Shown here in pieces: positions 18,153 through 26,589 of a DNA stretch of 42,966 nucleotides (position 1 is its first letter; every line of letters begins with the position of its first letter). A program made the position numbers and the translations under genes. This stretch comes from a virus, in the IMG/VR virus record IMGVR_UViG_3300045988_093752. One strand, 5' to 3'. Below the pieces are notes generated by a model that saw nothing but the letters and a program-made list of their open reading frames with translations, made no database searches and had not been told where the DNA came from.

Positions 18153-18773
18153 TTACTGGAATAAATCCATATTCTCCGCAATCATGCGTTGTCTTTCCAT
18201 TGGATCAGTGATATTCATGATTGATTCACGAGTTACCCCCTTGTTTGAACCACCACGTTTAGGACCGTTGCCTTTCAGTTTTTCTTTAACTGCTTTTTCT
18301 ACTTCAGATTCAAACATCTTAACAAATGCATCAACCGCTTTCTTTGTTTTATCTGCATCTTTATTAACTAGAACAGATAAAAGACCATCTCCAACGTTAA
18401 TATCATGCTCTGCGCACATTTTACGTGCTTCATTTGTCATTTCTGCGATTGCGTTTTTTGCTTTCAATTCATCTAGCTCTTTTTGCACCTTGTCACGTTC
18501 TGCTTCTGCTCGTTCTTGTGCATTCATTTCAGCTAAGCGCTCAGCTTCTTTTTTTTCTTTTTCTTGATCGGCTTTCCAACGTGCAAATCTTTTGTCAAGA
18601 ATCGCATTCAAATCTTTATCTGAATATTTCTTTTCAGATGATTTGTCTTTTTCTTGGTTGTCTTGTCCCTCAGTTGATTGAGTGTTTTCTGTTCCTGTAC
18701 TCTCATTTTCACCGGAAGTTTCATCTGCAAAAAGTTGTAAGCAAAAAGGTAGTCTGTCATTGAATTTTTTCAT
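18153..18773 (-). CDS. Scaffolding protein
   Basis: Glu/Lys-rich coiled coil. Start reassigned to ATG 18773 (AGGAGG 8 nt upstream), giving MKKFNDRLPFCLQLFADETSG. Confidence 0.7.
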   Translation of the reverse strand: MKKFNDRLPFCLQLFADETSGENESTGTENTQSTEGQDNQEKDKSSEKKYSDKDLNAILDKRFARWKADQEKEKKEAERLAEMNAQERAEAERDKVQKELDELKAKNAIAEMTNEARKMCAEHDINVGDGLLSVLVNKDADKTKKAVDAFVKMFESEVEKAVKEKLKGNGPKRGGSNKGVTRESIMNITDPMERQRMIAENMDLFQ

Positions 18774-18862
18774 ATTTATATTTCCTCCTATTTTTCTGAC
18801 TTTGCTTGTCAATTTCCCATATCTTTTTTAGGCTTAAATGCTTGGCCTATAACCCATACAGT

Positions 18863-19030
18863 TTAACGACGTAAATGCTTGGTCTTGTTTGGTAGTGTGG
18901 ATATGTAGGCTTTATAAGTCTTGGCTTTTCCACAAAAAATGCACCGTTGATTACGTACTTCAACGATGCATTCTAGCCATTGATCAAAATAAACCTTTTC
19001 GACACGCTCCAAATATTTGTGATTACACAT
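18863..19030 (-). CDS. Small Cys-containing protein (55 aa), hypothetical
   Basis: Not in the ORF track. MCNHKYLERVEKVYFDQWLECIVEVRNQRCIFCGKAKTYKAYISTLPNKTKHLRR. Start overlaps the end of the Prp-like gene by 8 nt; fills an otherwise empty gap. Confidence 0.35.
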   Translation of the reverse strand: MCNHKYLERVEKVYFDQWLECIVEVRNQRCIFCGKAKTYKAYISTLPNKTKHLRR

Positions 19031-19331
19031 CTCTCAGTTCCACACATTCAGGATATGCTTCTTCTGTACTTTTGCATCCAATTCTGAAGAAATTAATTGC
19101 TAATTCTCCAGCAAGGTCCAAACCCGAGATATACAACGTCTTGCTATCTTTATCAGGTTCGTAATATCTACAAAGTGCGTCGGATGTTTCGTCGATTGAA
19201 TTGGCCAATGTCAAAAATAGTACTGAGATAGCGCTGCAGACGATATCCTTTCCTATCGGAGCGTAACGAGCATGGCCATGTACTTCAATCAGGCAATCAC
19301 TTTCTGTCTGTTTAATCTTAATTTTTATCAC
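19023..19331 (-). CDS. Prp-like cysteine protease (DUF464 / ribosomal-processing protease family)
   Basis: MIKIKIKQTESDCLIEVHGHARYAPIGKDIVCSAISVL contains the GHA His and the DIVC(S/A)A Cys of the Prp dyad. 102 aa, the family-typical size. Confidence 0.7.
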   Translation of the reverse strand: MIKIKIKQTESDCLIEVHGHARYAPIGKDIVCSAISVLFLTLANSIDETSDALCRYYEPDKDSKTLYISGLDLAGELAINFFRIGCKSTEEAYPECVELRDV

Positions 19332-19385
19332 ATAGTATCACTCCCTTGCATAATAAAAGGCCACTCCTTTGAGTGACCTAACTAT

Positions 19386-19718
19386 TTAGAATCCTGGAAT
19401 AATGTCTTTGACATCCTTTAGAGTATTCTTAACTTTTTGAAGCATAGAATTTTCAAATAAATATTCAATTCCCTTCGGAGTGATAATCATATTTGTTAAA
19501 TCACCCCAAATAATGCCATCTTTTGTTCTTTGAGGATTTATACCTTCAATGTATCCATCCTTTAATAATCCAATAATTATATATTGCCAATAATTTTCCG
19601 GTATAGAATATTCATCATTTGTTAAAAATCTTCTATCTGGTTTTTCACCTTTTTTCAAGCAATCATATAAGTACTTAAGTACCTGATATACAATTACAAA
19701 ATAATCATCTCTTGCCAC
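19386..19718 (-). CDS. YjcQ-family winged-helix protein
   Basis: FVIVYQVLKYLYDCLKKG...IIIGLLKDGYIEGI resembles YjcQ. GTG start with AGGAGG 5 nt upstream. Confidence 0.55.
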   Translation of the reverse strand: MARDDYFVIVYQVLKYLYDCLKKGEKPDRRFLTNDEYSIPENYWQYIIIGLLKDGYIEGINPQRTKDGIIWGDLTNMIITPKGIEYLFENSMLQKVKNTLKDVKDIIPGF

Positions 19719-19738
19719 AACTTCCTCCTAAAACATAG

Positions 19739-19897
19739 CTACTTATCTACGAAACCTTTTTTCGGTTTTTTTAATTCTTCTTGATGTTTCTCAAAAGCTT
19801 CTTTAATTTCCTGTGGAGTATCCGGCTTTAATACCTTTTTTTTAATTGTTGACTTTTCCCTGTCAATGTAAGGATACCAAATTGGCGCCCAATGCAT
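19739..19897 (-). CDS. Small basic protein (52 aa), hypothetical
   Basis: Not in the ORF track. AAGGAGG RBS. MHWAPIWYPYIDREKSTIKKKVLKPDTPQEIKEAFEKHQEELKKPKKGFVDK. Confidence 0.4.
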   Translation of the reverse strand: MHWAPIWYPYIDREKSTIKKKVLKPDTPQEIKEAFEKHQEELKKPKKGFVDK

Positions 19898-19905
19898 GAT
19901 TATAT

Positions 19906-21585
19906 TTACCTCCTTAATTTAATTTCTACTAATCGTTTGATTTCTTTTGATATTTCATGAGCGTTATCACCATTTATAAAACAATCACTAAAAGCTTCTG
20001 CCATAGTTTCTGAATAACTTTCGGATGCATATCCTGAAATATCTTCAATCAATACATTTAATCTTTTCCCTTTAATTATACCTTTTGCTTGGAGATTATT
20101 AAAGGCTTCTAAGACTACTTTTCCAGATTCATTACAGTTGTTCCATGCATTTTCCTTTTGCAATGTATTTTTATAATTAATATTCCTATTCAAAAATACA
20201 AATTCTAAAACGTGTGCAGCTTCATGCACCATATCGCTTTCAATTGTTGTCCCCTTCATCCAATACCCTATATTTACCTGCTCTTTTATAAGGTTTCTAT
20301 AGGCGTCGGGGTCTTTAAAAAGCTTAGGATTTAAGCTAATGTCATTTTTACTTGGTCTAAACACCATTGCTCCATTATCTGAAGTTGCTATACGCTTTAC
20401 ATATTTATTGATTTCCGGATATTGATTTAGCATGTTTCTTAAGCTTTTAAGTGATCTTGAAACACTTGAGTAATTAAGCTCTTTTACAGACTCGTCTATC
20501 TCAATATTAAAATCATTCTTCCATTCTGTGGATAAATCGGCATAACGCTTATCGTTTGATGCTTCCGTGAGTTTACTTTTTACCTTTGACATTAAAAAGC
20601 CTTTGCTTTTATCTGATTGCCTTTCTTTCCACTCATCAAACCTTAAACTATGTTCTCCATTTGCTAGGCCATCTAGCCATTTTTCATACTCCTTACAATC
20701 TGAATATGGTGCCGTTGCACAGTGACAATTTGGATGCATAGGTGGAGCGTTTTCTCCTATTTCCATGTCTTTAAGCTTGAATGTTTTGCCATCCATTTCT
20801 TTACATAATGGACACACGTCTTTTAATCCGCACGCAATATATTCATACTCATCTATTCCGTTTGATTCGTAAGATTCTGCCTGTGCTTGTGTTTGAACTC
20901 GCGCAATTTCTGTTCGCAACAATCTTTCTGCATTGCATCTTGATACATCGAATTTCTTTCGTATCTGAGGGATAAACTCTCTTGGATTCTTACCTTGAAT
21001 CAATGCACTGGATAGAACACTGGATAAACTGTTTTTTAGCTGGTCTTGATTTACCCAAATTCGTTCTGAAAAGGTTGCGTTCTTAAAAGATGAATCTGCT
21101 ACTGTTTTGGCCATCTTCGCATTGTCAATCACTGTATCACCTAAGATAGAAGCATTACGTTTGAGTTCTTCTAAATAGGCTCCTTCCAGTTTATCACCAG
21201 TATACGACTTCAATTCGTCATGGCCTGCCACAAGTTCTAATCCAATGTTTGCTTTTAAAAGCTCCAATCGGTTGACTTTCATTGCTAAGTTATAAAGTCT
21301 CATCTGTTCATTGGCTTCATCTGAAAAGTTCTTTTCCTTTACATACTTCTTAGCTTTTCTTTGATATGCTTGGATATCTATGTTAGAAACTCTCTTTTTG
21401 GCTTCTGCCATAGTGATGTTTTCTTTATTGGCATAGCGAGTAAAAAAGGATTCGATTTCCTTTTCAACCGAATCCATCATGTTTGCATATATTTCTTGTA
21501 TCTCATCCGCATATTGCTTTTCATCTTTTAAGCGTTTCTTTTTCCATTCAAGCTCACGATCTCGCCAATATGTTTTACTGCTCAT
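19906..21585 (-). CDS. Minor head protein (SPP1 gp7 / Mu F family) fused to a C-terminal HExxH metallopeptidase-like domain
   Basis: MuF core RLLRTEIARVQTQAQ...CPLCKEMDGKTF...PPMHPNCHCATAP. The C-terminal ~260 aa contain MVHEAAHVLEF and a downstream ETMAEAFSD. Start at 21585 or 21603 is uncertain. Confidence 0.75.
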   Translation of the reverse strand: MSSKTYWRDRELEWKKKRLKDEKQYADEIQEIYANMMDSVEKEIESFFTRYANKENITMAEAKKRVSNIDIQAYQRKAKKYVKEKNFSDEANEQMRLYNLAMKVNRLELLKANIGLELVAGHDELKSYTGDKLEGAYLEELKRNASILGDTVIDNAKMAKTVADSSFKNATFSERIWVNQDQLKNSLSSVLSSALIQGKNPREFIPQIRKKFDVSRCNAERLLRTEIARVQTQAQAESYESNGIDEYEYIACGLKDVCPLCKEMDGKTFKLKDMEIGENAPPMHPNCHCATAPYSDCKEYEKWLDGLANGEHSLRFDEWKERQSDKSKGFLMSKVKSKLTEASNDKRYADLSTEWKNDFNIEIDESVKELNYSSVSRSLKSLRNMLNQYPEINKYVKRIATSDNGAMVFRPSKNDISLNPKLFKDPDAYRNLIKEQVNIGYWMKGTTIESDMVHEAAHVLEFVFLNRNINYKNTLQKENAWNNCNESGKVVLEAFNNLQAKGIIKGKRLNVLIEDISGYASESYSETMAEAFSDCFINGDNAHEISKEIKRLVEIKLRR

Positions 21586-22933
21586 CGTTTTGTGAATCCT
21601 CATTATTTTGGAAGATTCGGTTTTCAGTTTCTACCATATCATTCTCATCTTCCTTTTTGATACGTTCCATTTCGGCATTCGTATCTTCAACTGCCGAGAT
21701 AAACGACAATTGAGTTTCGTGAGACACGATTCCTGATAATTGTGCAGCAGTCTGTGCTTCTTCTAATAAGTTTGCAGGATAATTTTGTGTAAACTTGTAT
21801 TCAACCTCAAGCCAGTCATTCTCAGAACGATGTGTGATCGCATTACTAAATAAGACTCGATATCTACGATTCATTCCAGATGTGAACTTACGCTCTTTCG
21901 CTTTTGCTAGGTTTGACATAGAAAGAAGTTTATATCTCAATGCAATACCTGAAGTCGTTCCAAAGTTCTCATCATTGATATTGGCCACCATTGAGTTTTG
22001 GAAGATTAAACGTTCTAATCTGTTAATTAGATTTTCCTGTGTTGCATCTGCATTAGGTTTTGACATGAAATCAACTACAATTCCATCACCACTTCCATCC
22101 ATTGACTCAAAGTTAATTGTTCGATTATCTCGAATGTGTACCAAATCTGACTCTTCTAATTTAGGACCTAAGATTTTTAAATAGGCATCTGCAAAGTAAT
22201 CAACATCATTTGCTTTTTCTGACATTGCCTTGTTATAGGCATTAATCAAACTGTATGTTGATTCAAAAATAGACATACGTTCTTCATTTTCAATAAATTC
22301 AGTGGCCGGAATATCATTGAATCCATGCTCTACGCCATTAAATACATGAAGACCGCCTTTATCATTGAACTCATACTTATATGTTTTGTCATAGATATAC
22401 CCACGCATAACCTCGTCTACAATCTGATATGTTACGAAATATCTAGGTTTCTGCACTGTTGATTCATCATAAACCATGAAGCCTTCTCTTGGATCTAAAT
22501 AAGTGATTCCTAAATTTCCATAATCATCATTGAAATACAATTCATATCCTTTTCCAAAAACACTACAAATCTTAGATAGTTCTGCATTGTTGTCGTCCTG
22601 ATCATTGTATTTATCTAGCAAGTTGATATAATCATCAATTTCTTTGTTCTTAGAAGATACTTTGATTGGAACCCCAATAAAAAAACCGTTGAATGTGTCA
22701 ACAATGTATTTCGCAAAGTTGACCACAACACGGTTATCGGGTTTATAGGTTTCTTTATTGGCTTGATGCAAGATTGGATAATCTCCAATATAGGCATCAT
22801 AAAGCTTTTTATATCTGCTTGTTATTAATGTTTTATGACTTGTTATCAATCCATTCAACACTTCAATGTTAAGGATGTCTTTATCGTCAGATAGCTTAAA
22901 TATCGTATCCGGTTTAATAATGTATGCGTTCAT
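21575..22933 (-). CDS. Portal protein (SPP1 gp6-like)
   Basis: 452 aa between terL and the MuF gene, with an acidic C-terminal tail. Confidence 0.8.
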   Translation of the reverse strand: MNAYIIKPDTIFKLSDDKDILNIEVLNGLITSHKTLITSRYKKLYDAYIGDYPILHQANKETYKPDNRVVVNFAKYIVDTFNGFFIGVPIKVSSKNKEIDDYINLLDKYNDQDDNNAELSKICSVFGKGYELYFNDDYGNLGITYLDPREGFMVYDESTVQKPRYFVTYQIVDEVMRGYIYDKTYKYEFNDKGGLHVFNGVEHGFNDIPATEFIENEERMSIFESTYSLINAYNKAMSEKANDVDYFADAYLKILGPKLEESDLVHIRDNRTINFESMDGSGDGIVVDFMSKPNADATQENLINRLERLIFQNSMVANINDENFGTTSGIALRYKLLSMSNLAKAKERKFTSGMNRRYRVLFSNAITHRSENDWLEVEYKFTQNYPANLLEEAQTAAQLSGIVSHETQLSFISAVEDTNAEMERIKKEDENDMVETENRIFQNNEDSQNDEQ

Positions 22934-23688
22934 TAAATACCTCCTTTAAACGTCCTTACTTTAACTCGGCCAAATGCATATTTTTCTACTGCATATCGCA
23001 TTGCATCCATCAAGTGGTTGAAATCATCAATTGGTCGATTTATTTTGTTTCCTAATCTATCTTCATCCCATGTATAGTTTCCTATTTCGGTTATGAAATT
23101 AACACATCTAGGATGAATGATAATTTCAAAATCTTGAATATATTGAATCCCATGCATAATGGAATCTTTTCCTTTTTGTGACTTTTCAACACGAAGGCCA
23201 TACCCTCTAAGCTCATCAATCGACTTAGGCTCTGCACAGTCTGCCGTGTAAGACTTCTTTTGATAATGTGAGCTTTCGATCTCCTCATAAAGCCTTTTGT
23301 TGGAAAGGCCTTTTTTATACACCTCATCCCAAACATAAAGTTTTTTATGTTCTGTATCAATGAAACCTATAAAAACTGCAGCAGGGTCATTCGTATACCC
23401 AAAGTCAATACCATCTACAGAATCACAGTTAACGACTTGATCTAGTGTATATTCTTCCTCTTTCCAATTCTCATAAACCAATCCATCAACAATACCCCAA
23501 TTTCCTAATCCGGCCACCTGATATCGTCTAGGATTGTTCTTCTTCATATTTTCGAACAACCTTAAATCGGCATCATCCAACCATTCATTACACTTATAAT
23601 TGGTTGTGATAGCCAATATGTCAGGATCATTCTCTGCATCAAAGAATCTTTTTTTAAGCCAATGGTGTTCATTCCCATTTGTGTTCAT
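22933..23688 (-). CDS. terL: Terminase large subunit, exon 2 (C-terminal nuclease half)
   Basis: NEHHWLKKRFF...ITTNYKCNEWL...YQVAGLGNWG...GIDFGYTNDPAA...DCAEPKSIDEL...DDFNHLMDAMRYA matches PBSX-type terminases. The ATG at 23688 is probably not a real start. Confidence 0.8.
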   Translation of the reverse strand: MNTNGNEHHWLKKRFFDAENDPDILAITTNYKCNEWLDDADLRLFENMKKNNPRRYQVAGLGNWGIVDGLVYENWKEEEYTLDQVVNCDSVDGIDFGYTNDPAAVFIGFIDTEHKKLYVWDEVYKKGLSNKRLYEEIESSHYQKKSYTADCAEPKSIDELRGYGLRVEKSQKGKDSIMHGIQYIQDFEIIIHPRCVNFITEIGNYTWDEDRLGNKINRPIDDFNHLMDAMRYAVEKYAFGRVKVRTFKGGI

Positions 23689-23689
23689 G

Positions 23690-24595
23690 TAAGGTCGTTA
23701 ATCTTACACCGCTTTCGCAGCTCATTGTTACCAATGAGATCAGACTATATCACCATCTTGAATTTTCAAGATACCCCCCATTTCCGCTCACTTGAGCGTA
23801 CTCCATTAAAAAAACCGCATTAATTGCGGTTAGGATAGTCGTTAAACTTTTTTTATTTTCATTCCGTTAATAACACATTCGTTTGATTTAGATAATTTAT
23901 TTATTAATTTAGTTGATAAATTATATCTCTTTTGTAATTGATATCCGCTTATAAATACTTCACCTGTTGTCTCGTTTATATACTTTCCAGTTAGTTCGAT
24001 TTCTATAAGCTCTCCAGATTCAACCATTTTATAAACCTTATGCCTTGTAACACCTAAACAATCAGCAGCTTCTCTCATTGATGAAAAACATTGTTTTCCA
24101 TCTGGTGTAGAAACAGGCTTTCTTATTGAATTGTTTAGATCTTCTTTTTGTTCACCAGTCCATACATTTGCTATGGTCTTTTTGTGCTTTTCTGTATAAG
24201 CGATTTCTTTATCTATTGCATCTTTTTTTGTGCTTGCAGTATCAACGATTGCTATTTCAACATCTTTGAACAATTCAAGATTGTTTGCAATCATGTATTT
24301 ATGTATTGGCTGTTGACGTGTTTTATCTCTGAAGCCTCTTCTATGCTCATTGATACGAGCACCGATTGTCCGTGTGCTTCCTACATAAATAATCTTTTGT
24401 GTTTTAATTTCTCGAAATAGATATATGTAATAAAATGGTGTTTGTTTCATATCTATATTTTACCATTATATTTCATTCCAAGCAACAAACGAAAATAAAA
24501 CTTAGCTTTTGATTGCCCTCTCTTTCGAGTAGGGTTTTCCAAAAATTAAAGGGGTTTTCATATAAAATCACTTTTATATGCCGCAAAATCTACGG
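23690..24595 (-). mobile_element. Group I intron (boundaries approximate) interrupting terL and carrying a homing endonuclease ORF
   Basis: ~900-nt insert between the two terminase halves. Its non-coding flanks contain four GNRA-capped hairpins: 24559-24580 (GTGA loop), 24516-24534 (GAAA), 23721-23738 (GTAA), 23709-23720 (GAAA). Confidence 0.65.
23842..24450 (-). CDS. GIY-YIG homing endonuclease with C-terminal HTH DNA-binding domain
   Basis: FYYIYLFREIKTQKIIYVGSTRTIGARINEHRRG gives the GIY...YIG...R...E motif order. The C-terminus LGVTRHKVYKMVESGEL is HTH-like. Weak RBS, as is usual for intron ORFs. Confidence 0.8.
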   Translation of the reverse strand: MKQTPFYYIYLFREIKTQKIIYVGSTRTIGARINEHRRGFRDKTRQQPIHKYMIANNLELFKDVEIAIVDTASTKKDAIDKEIAYTEKHKKTIANVWTGEQKEDLNNSIRKPVSTPDGKQCFSSMREAADCLGVTRHKVYKMVESGELIEIELTGKYINETTGEVFISGYQLQKRYNLSTKLINKLSKSNECVINGMKIKKV

Positions 24596-25105
24596 GTTGA
24601 ATGTAATCATCCACTGTTTCCAAAGATGTGGTGGTAACTCACCACGAATTGACTCATCTAGGGTATCAAAGTCTTTTTCACTTGTTATCTCATAGGCTTC
24701 TTCAAGCCATGCCCAACACAAATATCCATACTCAACAGTAATAGATGTTACTTTTAATGGATCGTCGAGTCCTCTAAAGAGAATCTTTTGCCCAGTTGGA
24801 AGATATGTTGCCTCCAAAGGCGAATATTTAAATTCCCATAAGTGTTCAACCTCTAGTCTCCTTGTTGCCCATTTTAAATCCGTGAAACACGAATCTTTAA
24901 GCGTTCGATAAGTCTTACGCACAACTAATGTATTCGATTTATCGTATTTCATCATGTTGTATATGATGCGTAATGCAGTTGTTTTTGACTTCTTAGAAGC
25001 ACGAGAACCTTTGCATGCAGCATAACGTCCTCTGAAATTCCAATAGGATTTATATCCTTTCCCTACTATTTTAGGTAACTTAATAGTTTTAGTCTTCAAG
25101 ATCAT
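24590..25105 (-). CDS. terL: Terminase large subunit, exon 1 (N-terminal ATPase half)
   Basis: Walker A-like ACKGSRASKKSKT, then LFRGLDDP and WLEEAYE (Walker B-like), ending ...WMITFNP followed by an in-frame stop at the intron. Overlaps the terS end. Confidence 0.8.
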   Translation of the reverse strand: MILKTKTIKLPKIVGKGYKSYWNFRGRYAACKGSRASKKSKTTALRIIYNMMKYDKSNTLVVRKTYRTLKDSCFTDLKWATRRLEVEHLWEFKYSPLEATYLPTGQKILFRGLDDPLKVTSITVEYGYLCWAWLEEAYEITSEKDFDTLDESIRGELPPHLWKQWMITFNP

Positions 25106-25586
25106 CCTCTCCTTCAAATTTAGGGACTACGATTTCTGCTTGAACTTTGTCTGTAAACAGTGAATATCTTTTTCCAAGTAATTCCGCAGCTTTATTTGCA
25201 TCAGAAAGCTTTGCAGGAATCTCAACGATTTGAGGAACTTCTTCTTTGACCGTTTTCTTTCTTGGTTTTCCATCTCCTGTATCAACATACTCTGAATGTT
25301 CTTTTGTCACTGTGACAACAACAGATTCTTTCATTTCTCGTCGCATTACTTTTGTGAGGTATTCCATGACTTCTTGAACATCTGCTATCTTTCCGGAACT
25401 GACTTTTTCAAGTTGTTCATCAATATAATCTTTGACCTTAGCATTTCTTAGCAATTTAGCAGCACACACTGCAGCGGAACTATCCTTTTTAACATTTGGA
25501 TATACTGCTTTATATGCCCTTGTTGCATTCAGATCAATCAAATACTCGTCAACAAATAGTTTCTGCTTTTCTGTCAGATTAGCCAT
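25089..25586 (-). CDS. terS: Terminase small subunit
   Basis: LTEKQKLFVDEYLIDLNATRAYKAVYPNVK...AKLLRNAKVKDYI is the classic Terminase_2 N-terminus. Start set to ATG 25586 (GAGGAGG upstream). Confidence 0.85.
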   Translation of the reverse strand: MANLTEKQKLFVDEYLIDLNATRAYKAVYPNVKKDSSAAVCAAKLLRNAKVKDYIDEQLEKVSSGKIADVQEVMEYLTKVMRREMKESVVVTVTKEHSEYVDTGDGKPRKKTVKEEVPQIVEIPAKLSDANKAAELLGKRYSLFTDKVQAEIVVPKFEGEDDLED

Positions 25587-25753
25587 AGAATTCCTCCTCT
25601 CTTGCGTAAAAAAAGCCAAGACATCTGTCTTGACATAATTTCTTATGATATTAGTTTACCACTTATTCAAGTACACAGTGTGCACCAATATAATAAAAGC
25701 CCATTTACCGGCTATATATATGGACTTATTCTTTATATATAATATTATTCTAA

Positions 25754-25888
25754 TTAGATTGTATAGTTAATCTTGTTTGATTTCGGATCAACATAAAATC
25801 TAAAAGCTTTCTTACCGTAATCTTTTGCGTAATACGTTACGCCATCACGTGTAAAGTGAGTACAAAAAATAACTTTTTGTTGCTTCAT
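25754..25888 (-). CDS. Small protein (44 aa), hypothetical
   Basis: Not in the ORF track. AAAGGAGGAA RBS. MKQQKVIFCTHFTRDGVTYYAKDYGKKAFRFYVDPKSNKINYTI. Confidence 0.45.
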   Translation of the reverse strand: MKQQKVIFCTHFTRDGVTYYAKDYGKKAFRFYVDPKSNKINYTI

Positions 25889-25995
25889 ATTACATTCCTC
25901 CTTTCACAATCTTGAAAGGAGCGTCGCAAAATGATACAATTCAATTGATCTATTGAAGAGTTTAGCCGCATTTTGTGTGCTCATCTCAAGATTTT

Positions 25996-26026
25996 AGAAT
26001 CAAGTTGCAGCTTGATTCTTTTTTTA
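25996..26026 (+). terminator. Terminator-like hairpin oriented on the plus strand
   Basis: agaatcaag-ttgcag-cttgattct followed by ttttttt. A second imperfect hairpin sits at 26027-26060. No plus-strand gene upstream, so the role is unclear. Confidence 0.3.
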
Positions 26027-26064
26027 TATTCAATGTTCAAAAAAAGCTGAACATTCAATATAGT

Positions 26065-26589
26065 CTATTTTTTAAAATTTTCAACTTGTATCTTTGCACA
26101 TTGCCAAGATACTTTACAATTTTTCACGATATCATTTGCACTCATATTTTTTACTAAATCCATAGGAACTAAAAGCTCAGCTGCAAATGTATTTGCTTGC
26201 CATTCCGGGTTTATATAGAACGGAATTTCTTCGTTTACTCTTGCAAAACGAATGTGATTCGCCGTATGGAAAAGGTAATGAAACAATTCATGCGCTAACG
26301 TGAATCTAGATCTCCCGTCTCCATTAATTGCTTTTTCGTAAACGTCTGACCGCACTACCATCTCATGAGTATCAGGATATGTTATAGCGTAATGTCCAGG
26401 TGTGATTTCATCTGGCTCAACAATACTCAGAGAAAATTCTTCATCAATTGTTGGCAACACAACATCAAGAAACTTAACTATCGGAAAACAATATCCCTTA
26501 ATATTGAAAATTTTTCTAAGTCTTTTAGCAATTAATCGAATCTCATTTCTTGACAAACCATCCGCCTGGCACATTGTACTCATAAGCAA
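26065..26589 (-). CDS. ImmA/IrrE-family (M78) zinc metallopeptidase
   Basis: FTLAHELFHYLFH (HExxH) followed by EWQANTFAAELLVP, the typical ImmA/IrrE arrangement. Directly follows an XRE gene. Confidence 0.8.
   Translation of the reverse strand: MLMSTMCQADGLSRNEIRLIAKRLRKIFNIKGYCFPIVKFLDVVLPTIDEEFSLSIVEPDEITPGHYAITYPDTHEMVVRSDVYEKAINGDGRSRFTLAHELFHYLFHTANHIRFARVNEEIPFYINPEWQANTFAAELLVPMDLVKNMSANDIVKNCKVSWQCAKIQVENFKK

Noticed and set aside
18889-19164. 91-aa plus-strand ORF between the scaffold and Prp-like genes
   Set aside because: It is antisense to the operon and overlaps the Prp-like gene. The minus-strand 55-aa coupled ORF explains the gap better.
24545-24558. Shared word TTAAAGGGGTTTT / TTAAGGGGTTTT with 38118-38131
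   Set aside because: It is a short, imperfect match. The two copies lie on opposite strands relative to their transcription units, so it was judged coincidental.
22933-25117. terL as a pseudogene or an intein-containing gene
   Set aside because: Both halves keep all expected motifs. The insert has in-frame stops and a separately framed endonuclease ORF, so it is not an intein. The GNRA-capped hairpins favour an intron. A two-polypeptide split terminase remains the alternative and is noted in the finding.
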